Assembly (NCBI GenBank): GCA_024408435.1
Contig: JAKSVA010000002.1
Span: 1-47,889, forward strand
Length of the DNA: 47,889 nt
Origin: Bacilli bacterium
GTDB lineage: Bacteria; Bacillota_I; Bacilli_A; RFN20; CAG-826
Direction: 5' to 3'
Shown: positions 38,270 to 45,993 of the stretch, piece by piece
Layout: every line of letters starts with the position of its first letter
Numbering within the stretch: position 1 is the stretch's first letter
Program-made: the position numbers and the translations under genes
Notes under the pieces: model-generated
Told to the model about the DNA's origin: nothing
The model's input: the letters and a program-made list of their open reading frames with translations, nothing else
Databases searched by the model: none

Positions 38270-41003
38270 TCTTTAAAACCTCATAACAACGTTTACAAAC
38301 TTTAGTGCCATCCCCAATATCAAATAGTTGATCACGATAATTCCAACAACGGGGGCACTTTGTGCCTTTTGCTTTAGCGACTTTAATCTCCTTCGGCCCT
38401 TTCTTTAAGTAAATGTTAGAAACAATAAAGATACGTGCTAATTCTTCGGGAGTGTTATCTTTTAAGAAATCATAAATATCGCCATCGATGGTAAGATATA
38501 CATCAGCTTCTTGGTTACTACCAATTTCGCCTTTCTTACGAAGGTCTTCTAATTTTTGATAAATTTCATTACCAATCTCACGATTAATCTTTTCAGCGGT
38601 GTTATAAATATCGATATTATTTTTAACAAAAACTTCCGTGTGCTCAGGGAAATCATAAAGATTAGGATTATCCTTACTATGGAAAGGAAGATTATTATTC
38701 ACCTCTTCCATCGTGAATGGAAGGATGGGGGTTAATAATCTTAATAAAGTATAAGTGATTTCATAAAGAACAGTCTGCACTTGTCTCCGTCTTAAAGAAT
38801 CTCTTTTTTCACAATACAAAATATCTTTCGAATAATCTAAATACATCCGTGAAAGGAAAATAACAATATAGTTATTGATAACGCTTAACGCTTGGTTAAA
38901 TGCATACTTATCATAAAGTTCAATAACTTTATTTTTCACATATTCAAGCATACCTAAATTAAAGATATCTTGCTTTGCAAATTTGTTGACATGATCTTTT
39001 TCAGGATTAAACGGCTTACTTAAATCACCATCCACCAAATTTCCTAGCAAGAAACGGAAGGTGTTACGGATTTTGCGATACATATCGCTAATCTGTTTAA
39101 TTACTGATTCACTAATTCGCGCATCTTCTTTAAAGTCAACACTCGCGGCCCATAGACGTAAAATATCGGCGCCATATTGATTAGCAACTTTGTTAGGATC
39201 AATACCATTACCTTTTGATTTAGACATCTTATCCCAATTTTCGTCAACAACGAAACCATGAGTAACACATGTTTTAAAAGACGGCTCCCCACTAACAATA
39301 CTTGAAATAATTAAAGAAGAGTTAAACCAACCACGATATTGGTCATTGCCTTCTAGATATAAATCAGCAGGATAATTAATCTTTCGTTCTTTAAGAACGC
39401 CATTCCAACTACTACCACTATCAAACCACACATCCATAATATCAACTTCTTTAGTAAACTCGCCATGTGGTGAATGTTTATTTTGATAACCGGCAGGCAA
39501 TAAATCTTTGGCTTCTTTGATGTACCAAATATCACTACCATTTTCTTTGAAAAGTTTAATGATATGATCAAAAACTTTTGCATCCATAATAGGCGTTTTA
39601 TCTTCACAATAAATAATTGGTAATGGTACACCCCAAATTCTTTGGCGCGAAATGCACCAGTCATTTCTTTCTTCAATCATATTGTGCATTCTTTGTTCAC
39701 CCCAAGCTGGATACCATTTAATATCTTTAATTTCCTTAAGGAGTTTTTCTTTAATTGGCTTAATTGAACAAAACCATTGCGGTGTCGCACGGAAGATTAA
39801 TGGTTTCTTCGTCCGCCAATCGTGTGGATAAGAATGCTTAAATTTATTTACTTTTAAAAGGGCATTAACTTTTGTTAAAGCAGCAATAACTTTTTCGTTT
39901 GCCTCTTCATAAAATAAACCTTTAAATTCTCCAGTCGTTTCATCAAGATAGCCACGTGAATCAACTGGACAATATGGTTTTAGACCATATTTTGTTCCGA
40001 CAATATAGTCGTCAAGACCATGCCCAGGTGCCGTATGAACACAACCTGTGCCAGCATCGTTAGTGACATGATCGCCTAGAATAATAATCGAATCGCGATT
40101 ATACAATGGATGAGCGGCCACTAAGCCTTCTAATTCTTTACCTTCAAAAGTTTTAAGTTCTTCAATTTCTTTAAAACCTAAAATTTTACTTAATTGATCT
40201 TTAAATTCTGCTAAGAAGATAAAGTTACCTTTATCAGTCTTATATAAGCCGTAGATAAATTTCGCATTTAAACAAATCGCTAAGTTAGCAGGAATCGTCC
40301 ATGGTGTAGTTGTCCAAATGATAAACGAAGCATCTTCTTTAAATTTATTCTTTTTATCTTTAATCTTAAAGGCGACATAAATCGAATAAGATTCAACATC
40401 ATAATATTCGATTTCTGATTCCGCTAAAGCGGATTCGCTTGATGGACTCCAATATACCGGCTTTAATCCTTTATATATATAACCCTTCAAAGCCATTTCT
40501 TTAAATACTTCAATTTGCCGTGCTTCATATTCCTTACTTAAGGTAAGGTAAGGATGGTCATAATCACCAACTACTCCTAAGCGCCGAATTTGTTCTTTTT
40601 GATTTGCCACTTGCTTTAGAGCATACTCACGACATTTCTTTCTAAACTCCACGACTGGAGTCGTTTTCCGATTAACCCCACTTTTAATAACCTGATTTTC
40701 AATTGGTAAACCATGAGTATCCCAGCCTAAAACAAATGGTGTATAAAAACCTTGCATCGATTTATAGCGAACAACAAAATCTTTTAGTAAACGATTAAGC
40801 ATGTGACCACAGTGAATGTTACCATTCGCATATGGTGGACCATCATGAAGAATAAACGGTTTTGCTCCCTGGCGATTTTTAAGCATTCTTTCATAAAGTT
40901 TTTCGTCTTGCCACTTCTTGACTAAAACTGGCTCCTTGTTAATCAAGTTGCCTCTCATTTCAAAATTAGTCTTTGGCATTAATAGCGTATTTTTAAATTC
41001 CAT
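38262..41003 (-). CDS. ileS: Isoleucyl-tRNA synthetase
   Basis: MEFKNTLLMPKTNFEMRGNL matches the canonical IleS N-terminus. HIGH-type PYANGNIHCGH, KMSKS, C-terminal zinc CPRCWNY...CKRC. ATG 41001-41003 is preferred over the TTG at 41013-41015 used by the ORF track. Confidence 0.95.
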   Translation of the reverse strand: MEFKNTLLMPKTNFEMRGNLINKEPVLVKKWQDEKLYERMLKNRQGAKPFILHDGPPYANGNIHCGHMLNRLLKDFVVRYKSMQGFYTPFVLGWDTHGLPIENQVIKSGVNRKTTPVVEFRKKCREYALKQVANQKEQIRRLGVVGDYDHPYLTLSKEYEARQIEVFKEMALKGYIYKGLKPVYWSPSSESALAESEIEYYDVESYSIYVAFKIKDKKNKFKEDASFIIWTTTPWTIPANLAICLNAKFIYGLYKTDKGNFIFLAEFKDQLSKILGFKEIEELKTFEGKELEGLVAAHPLYNRDSIIILGDHVTNDAGTGCVHTAPGHGLDDYIVGTKYGLKPYCPVDSRGYLDETTGEFKGLFYEEANEKVIAALTKVNALLKVNKFKHSYPHDWRTKKPLIFRATPQWFCSIKPIKEKLLKEIKDIKWYPAWGEQRMHNMIEERNDWCISRQRIWGVPLPIIYCEDKTPIMDAKVFDHIIKLFKENGSDIWYIKEAKDLLPAGYQNKHSPHGEFTKEVDIMDVWFDSGSSWNGVLKERKINYPADLYLEGNDQYRGWFNSSLIISSIVSGEPSFKTCVTHGFVVDENWDKMSKSKGNGIDPNKVANQYGADILRLWAASVDFKEDARISESVIKQISDMYRKIRNTFRFLLGNLVDGDLSKPFNPEKDHVNKFAKQDIFNLGMLEYVKNKVIELYDKYAFNQALSVINNYIVIFLSRMYLDYSKDILYCEKRDSLRRRQVQTVLYEITYTLLRLLTPILPFTMEEVNNNLPFHSKDNPNLYDFPEHTEVFVKNNIDIYNTAEKINREIGNEIYQKLEDLRKKGEIGSNQEADVYLTIDGDIYDFLKDNTPEELARIFIVSNIYLKKGPKEIKVAKAKGTKCPRCWNYRDQLFDIGDGTKVCKRCYEVLKNE

Positions 41004-41007
41004 AATT

Positions 41008-42123
41008 TTACTCAATATTTTTATTCTTGAGGAATCCAGGTAAAATGTCCTCTTCTTTTTCTTCCTCGTCTTTTGTTTCGCTTATTGGTTTTATCTCTTG
41101 TGGTTTAAGTTTAACTTCGTTATCCTCGTTTTCCTCATCCTCTTCTTTATTAGTTAAATCATATTCTTCCGGAAAGTCACTTGCAATAATACTCACAATA
41201 ATTTGATCAGAAAACTGGTCATTAATCGAAACGCCTAATTTAACATCAACAGCATTACCGGCTTCTTCAATAATGTGATTAACACATTCTTGCGCTTCAT
41301 ATAAAGAAACGTTTGCTCCACATGTGACTGCGCAAATAGCGCGACGAGCGCCAGTAATAGGTGTTTCAAGAAGTGGCGAATTAATCGCTGCTGTTGCAGC
41401 ATCAATTGCTTTTGTTGGGCCTTCGCCCATTCCATAACCAATTAAAGCGACACCTGAATCTTGTAAAGTATTACGAATATCGGCAAAATCAAGATTAATG
41501 ATTCCCGGTACGGTAATTAAATCAACAATAGTTTTAACGCTTTGCGCTAAAACGCGATCACTTTCTAGGAAAGCGTTTGAAATAACTTCGTTACCTTTTT
41601 CCATTAAAAGTTTATCGTTAGAGACAATGATAATAGAATCGACTGCTTCTTTTAAAGCATTTAAACCGGCAATTGATTTCTTAATTCTTTGTTTACCTTC
41701 AAAACCAAATGGGCGAGTAACAATGGCGACAGTTAACGCTTTTTCTTCTTTACAAATCTTAGCGACAACTGGCGTTGCCCCAGTCCCAGTACCACCACCC
41801 ATACCAGCAGCCAAAAAGACCATATTCGCTCCGCGAACAATGTTACGAATTTCTTCTGCACTTGCTTCGGCCGAGCGGCGACCAATATCAGGATCGCCAC
41901 CAGCTCCTAAGCCGTTCGTTAGTTCACGGCCTAAAACAAATTGATGCGATGGAATAACTTTTGAACCAAGCAAAGATTGAATATCAGTATTCATCACATA
42001 AAATTCAACTGGCGCAGTTTCACCGACTTCATCAATCATCCGATTGACCGCGTTACTACCAGCACCACCGATACCAATGACAACAATTCTCGCGGCAGCC
42101 ATGCCTAAGTTATCTTGCACCAT
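41008..42123 (-). CDS. ftsZ: Cell division GTPase FtsZ
   Basis: Motifs GIGGAGSNAV and GGGTGTGA. C-terminal peptide DILPGFLKNK. The start is preceded by AAAGGAG. Confidence 0.95.
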   Translation of the reverse strand: MVQDNLGMAAARIVVIGIGGAGSNAVNRMIDEVGETAPVEFYVMNTDIQSLLGSKVIPSHQFVLGRELTNGLGAGGDPDIGRRSAEASAEEIRNIVRGANMVFLAAGMGGGTGTGATPVVAKICKEEKALTVAIVTRPFGFEGKQRIKKSIAGLNALKEAVDSIIIVSNDKLLMEKGNEVISNAFLESDRVLAQSVKTIVDLITVPGIINLDFADIRNTLQDSGVALIGYGMGEGPTKAIDAATAAINSPLLETPITGARRAICAVTCGANVSLYEAQECVNHIIEEAGNAVDVKLGVSINDQFSDQIIVSIIASDFPEEYDLTNKEEDEENEDNEVKLKPQEIKPISETKDEEEKEEDILPGFLKNKNIE

Positions 42124-43348
42124 TGTTTGCTCCTTTATTCGCGCTTAACTTATCAAGGTTAGATTGATTATTTGCATTATTTAAACGATTGTTTTCTGAT
42201 GAACCCATATAACTAGATGCAGCTAATAGCGCCCCTATACAATTTAAATACTTTTCGTGCCGAGCGCCAACAATTTTTAAAGGAATTTGTCGAATATCGT
42301 GGTTCGGATATTTGGTTTTAACAAATGTTAAAAAGCCATCTAAACGACTTGCTGCTCCACCAAAGATAATCGGGAAGTTCCGTTTGTTCTCAGGATATGC
42401 TGACAACAATTTACTTAGACAGGTATCAAATGCATAGATGTAATTATCAAGATAATCTTTAATCACTCGATTTAAATCCTGAACAGTATAAAGTGCTTCT
42501 TGCCCATCGCTAGTCTTAGCGTTACAAATAGTTGGATTAAACGAAATCAAACGTGTTTGATAACCATAACGTCGTTTTAATTTTTCAGCTTCTTTAACAT
42601 CAATACGAAAAGTTTCACTAATTGCATTTGTTAAATCATCTCCACCGATAGCGAAGTAGGAAGAGTTATAAACATAAGTTTTTGAAATTAGCGAAATACT
42701 CGTATAAGTACTACCGACATCAACATATAAATAAGCAGCTGGTGTTTCCTTTTCGTGAGCCAATAAATGAGCAATCGCACAAGGTGCAATTACACATTTT
42801 TTTACTTTAATACCAGCGGATTCTAAACTAGCTTTGTAGCCTTTAAAAAGTTTGTCAGGCAAAGTATAGATAATTGCTTTCATACCCAAATAATCACTAA
42901 TACGCCCAAGTGGCAGTTTATTGGTAGCTATGCCATCCGACAAGTAATAGACAATCGGGATAATATCAACAAAACTATTGTCTTTTTTAATCTTGCTTTT
43001 ACGAATCATCGCGAAAATATTTGATAAATCAATTGGTTGAATTTTGCTATCGTTAGAAATAACTGAAGTCATCTTCTTATCTTCATAAATTTCCAAACCA
43101 ACCGGTGGTAAAAGTAAAACTGCGCTACGGATAGCAAAACGAACACGAGCGCGTTTGTCTTCGACATGCGAAATATTTTTCAAAACATTCGATAAAGATT
43201 TAATGTCAACAATGTTTCCGTTTTTAATTAAATCATGAATCGACTTAATGGTCGCATATAAAACAATTGGTTCATGTTCAACAACATAACCAACCACAAT
43301 TTTAATCGCCGAATCAGTCGGCTCAATAACGATCATTGGCGTTTGCAT
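42110..43348 (-). CDS. ftsA: Cell division protein FtsA
   Basis: 412-aa actin-fold protein (VDVGSTYTSISL, FGGAASRLDG) immediately upstream of and overlapping ftsZ. Confidence 0.85.
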   Translation of the reverse strand: MQTPMIVIEPTDSAIKIVVGYVVEHEPIVLYATIKSIHDLIKNGNIVDIKSLSNVLKNISHVEDKRARVRFAIRSAVLLLPPVGLEIYEDKKMTSVISNDSKIQPIDLSNIFAMIRKSKIKKDNSFVDIIPIVYYLSDGIATNKLPLGRISDYLGMKAIIYTLPDKLFKGYKASLESAGIKVKKCVIAPCAIAHLLAHEKETPAAYLYVDVGSTYTSISLISKTYVYNSSYFAIGGDDLTNAISETFRIDVKEAEKLKRRYGYQTRLISFNPTICNAKTSDGQEALYTVQDLNRVIKDYLDNYIYAFDTCLSKLLSAYPENKRNFPIIFGGAASRLDGFLTFVKTKYPNHDIRQIPLKIVGARHEKYLNCIGALLAASSYMGSSENNRLNNANNQSNLDKLSANKGANNGAR

Positions 43349-43360
43349 TATTCAGTAAAT

Positions 43361-43389
43361 AGAATATCTCACGGGGTAAAAAATGTAAA
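43361..43389 (-). promoter_or_regulatory. Putative ftsA-ftsZ promoter
   Basis: Minus strand reads TTTACA (43389-43384), 17 nt spacer, TATTCT (43366-43361). It lies just downstream of the terminator T-run and 12 nt before the ftsA ATG. Confidence 0.3.
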
Positions 43390-43394
43390 GAAAA

Positions 43395-43423
43395 CTAATA
43401 AAACCGATTTCGGTTTTTATTAG
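43395..43423 (-). terminator. Intrinsic terminator after the whiA-XRE pair
   Basis: Minus strand reads CTAATAAAAACCG-AAAT-CGGTTTTATTAG (12-bp stem with one bulge), followed by TTTTCTTT. Confidence 0.6.
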
Positions 43424-43441
43424 TTAATTTCCTACTCGCCT

Positions 43442-43453
43442 TCGTGCGCACGA
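43442..43453. repeat. Perfect GC-rich 12-bp palindrome TCGTGCGCACGA
   Basis: The element is its own reverse complement. It lies 10 nt downstream of the XRE gene stop and upstream of the terminator and ftsA promoter. It stands out in AT-rich intergenic DNA. Confidence 0.5.
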
Positions 43454-43462
43454 GAAAATTTC

Positions 43463-43693
43463 TTACTTATTTTTATCACCTACTCCTAAAAGGAGAGTCG
43501 CTAAATCAACCCGTAACCCCTTGGCGATTTTATTCATTACTTTCAAGGTTGGATTTCTTCGACCGCATTCAATATCACTAATATAATTTTTACTAAGGTT
43601 TGTTTCGAGCGCTAGAGCTTCTTGTGATAAATGACGCCGCTCGCGAAGATAACGCACGCGCATCCCAAACTGAAGAGAAAGAGTTAATTTCAT
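43463..43693 (-). CDS. XRE-family helix-turn-helix transcriptional regulator
   Basis: 76 aa. HTH_3 pattern LRERRHLSQEALALETNLSKNYISDIECGRRNPTLKVMNKIAKGL. The ATG overlaps the whiA TGA; Met11 is an alternative start. Confidence 0.8.
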   Translation of the reverse strand: MKLTLSLQFGMRVRYLRERRHLSQEALALETNLSKNYISDIECGRRNPTLKVMNKIAKGLRVDLATLLLGVGDKNK

Positions 43694-44628
43694 AAATTTT
43701 TTCCTTCTTCACGAAAGGCCCGAAGAATGTGATTGATGTTACTTTTAGTAACAACATCTCCTAATTCATCACTCATTTTTTCTGCTAAATTTTCTAATGT
43801 GTCATCCGGATATTTTATTCTTAATGTTGCTAATAAAATGACTTTGTCATTACCTAAATTAGCGAGTCCGTTTTTCTTAATTAATTTGTTAATGATTTTA
43901 ATATCATTTTTTGCTGCTTTAATCGTTTTTTGATAATTCGCTGTATCAAGATTACTTAAACGATTAGTCATATTATCAAAATCACGACCCACTCTAGTGT
44001 CTTCAAAATATAAACAAGCATTAGTTGCGCCAATTAGAACTAAAAAATTCACGATTTGATCGCTTCTTTTTAAATAAACAATATATTTATCGCGGCGTTT
44101 AGTAATCTTTAGATTAAAAACAACTTCTTTATATTTTTTCACTAAACTAACAAATGATTTAGCGTACTCATAATCATTGAGAGAAACCTCAAGGTGGTAA
44201 TTGCTACTACGTGGAGAATTAACTGAACCACTTGCAAGAAAACTACCGGCTAAATAACCACTAATTTTTTCTTTATTACCAGCAAAATAATTATCAACTT
44301 TATTACCTAAAAAATTAATGTGGAGTTTCTCTAAAATCTTTTCATCATCAAGATTAATTAAATAACAAGTGTTCTTGTTAAGGTTATTCTTTTTTAAGTA
44401 AGAAATATTTGGTTTAATCTGAAAGATTCTTTGGAAAGCGGCATAAATAAATTTGGCAATCTTTGAATTTTCAATTCTTAGTTGAACACTCATTTTTTTA
44501 TGCTTAATTAATAATGAGCCGTTTACCCTAGTAAAAGAGGATAAGATAGCGAGTAATCTATCATCTTGATAGTTTTGACTCACAATCTCTTCTTTAACGG
44601 TTTTCGCAAAAGAATTAGTGTCTTTCAT
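43690..44628 (-). CDS. whiA: DNA-binding protein WhiA
   Basis: 312 aa. Degenerate LAGLIDADG-like region YLAGSFLASGSVNSP and C-terminal HTH. Typical length and N-terminal FAKTVKEEI. Confidence 0.85.
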   Translation of the reverse strand: MKDTNSFAKTVKEEIVSQNYQDDRLLAILSSFTRVNGSLLIKHKKMSVQLRIENSKIAKFIYAAFQRIFQIKPNISYLKKNNLNKNTCYLINLDDEKILEKLHINFLGNKVDNYFAGNKEKISGYLAGSFLASGSVNSPRSSNYHLEVSLNDYEYAKSFVSLVKKYKEVVFNLKITKRRDKYIVYLKRSDQIVNFLVLIGATNACLYFEDTRVGRDFDNMTNRLSNLDTANYQKTIKAAKNDIKIINKLIKKNGLANLGNDKVILLATLRIKYPDDTLENLAEKMSDELGDVVTKSNINHILRAFREEGKNL

Positions 44629-45946
44629 AATTATTTTTAATTTCTACTGGTTTTTGATAATAAGGGTTTCTTGGATTATTTAGGCGTGGATCATCTTTGA
44701 TGATAAATGTTCTTTTTCCCCACCGAAAATAATCATAAAGATGAAGACCAAGAATCCCAGCGAGTCCACCACCGAACATAATCCAAGCGGTAATCAAACT
44801 ATTATTATATTCGAATGAACTATCCCTTAGTGGTTCAAGAACGACTCTTGTTAAACCATACCAAACGATATATAAGCAGAATAAATCACCGTTTGATAAA
44901 TGTTTTTTAAGACCTTTACCAATCGCGTAGACGATAATAAAATAACCTGCTAAGTTAGTAATACATTCAATCAAGAATAATGGTAAATGCATCATTCCAT
45001 TAATAGTCATTTGTCGAACAATAAATTGCGGTAACCACCAAACCGTTGATGGATCAAATGTCATTGAACCATATACTTCTTGGTTACAAAAATTACCCCA
45101 ACGGCCAATCGCTTGTGCGATTAATACGGCGGGTAAAATTAAATCCATCGCATGACGTAAATTAATATAGCGACGGAACAAGATTAAGAAAATAATTCCG
45201 CTTACGGCTCCAAATAATACACCACCCATAATCGCTAAACCACCACCACTAAAATCCCAAAAATCAGTTGAACGATCTAAGACAAAACAATACCAAACAC
45301 GGGCGCCTAAGATACCCATTAAGAACACTAATACAAACATTGTATCTACTAAACCATGACGTTTATATTCTTGATAAAAATGATGATCACAAACAAAGTA
45401 TGTTACTAAGGCGCCAGATAAAATACAAAGAGCGTACCACTTAATGGTAAAGCCTTCTACACCTGTCCCTCTTTGTAAAACAATCCCATGATTAGTAAAA
45501 CTAATGCCACTAATAAAAGGGAAGCCGCCTTCAGGAATATAATAGGCGTAAACATCAAGACTCATAAATAAACCAATCACCGCAAACGGGATTAGACACA
45601 ACATAGTTGTTTTAATAATTTTACGGATTTTTGCATCTAAATTAGTTTTATAAAAATAAAGCGTAAAAGCTTCCAAAATGCCCATGAATGACACACCGAA
45701 AAATAAACAACCGAAAAATAACATCGCCATATGGCCACCACTCATCTGGTAATTATTCCACATTTTAATACCAAATCCAGCCGTAATACTAAAAAGAGTA
45801 AAACAGGCTAAACTCTCGATGAATACTAATAAAAAGTGTTTATTAAAGGCAGTTAAATCACGGGCTTTTTTAAATTGATAAAATTGATAAAAAAAGAATC
45901 CAATTGCGAAGGCACATAAGATGACAGAAATCCAAAGCAAAACCAT
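44615..45946 (-). CDS. lgt: Prolipoprotein diacylglyceryl transferase with about 165-aa N-terminal membrane extension
   Basis: The Lgt core starts near IKWYALCILSGAL and contains GRWGNFCNQEVYG. It is preceded by about 4 extra TM helices. Confidence 0.85.
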   Translation of the reverse strand: MVLLWISVILCAFAIGFFFYQFYQFKKARDLTAFNKHFLLVFIESLACFTLFSITAGFGIKMWNNYQMSGGHMAMLFFGCLFFGVSFMGILEAFTLYFYKTNLDAKIRKIIKTTMLCLIPFAVIGLFMSLDVYAYYIPEGGFPFISGISFTNHGIVLQRGTGVEGFTIKWYALCILSGALVTYFVCDHHFYQEYKRHGLVDTMFVLVFLMGILGARVWYCFVLDRSTDFWDFSGGGLAIMGGVLFGAVSGIIFLILFRRYINLRHAMDLILPAVLIAQAIGRWGNFCNQEVYGSMTFDPSTVWWLPQFIVRQMTINGMMHLPLFLIECITNLAGYFIIVYAIGKGLKKHLSNGDLFCLYIVWYGLTRVVLEPLRDSSFEYNNSLITAWIMFGGGLAGILGLHLYDYFRWGKRTFIIKDDPRLNNPRNPYYQKPVEIKNNYERH

Positions 45947-45993
45947 AATCAGTGTATTTAGATATTAGCATAATTTAAAAAGATAACAATAAT

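Noticed and set aside
41004-41007. Looked for a T-box leader or other riboswitch upstream of ileS. Also looked upstream of the S-component gene and of potA.
   Set aside because: Only 4 nt separate ftsZ and ileS. The other spacers (15 nt and 85 nt) are too short and lack the specifier and antiterminator elements.
41004-41015. TTG start for ileS that would overlap ftsZ by 8 nt
   Set aside because: The ATG at 41001-41003 gives MEFKNTLLMPKT..., which matches the canonical IleRS N-terminus. The four extra residues from the TTG start have no support.
41498-41944. 148-aa plus-strand ORF (and the 41775-41957 ORF) antisense to ftsZ
   Set aside because: The Pro/Ala-rich sequence arises from the complement of the Gly/Ala-rich FtsZ core (GGGTGTG region). 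It is a shadow ORF with no independent support.
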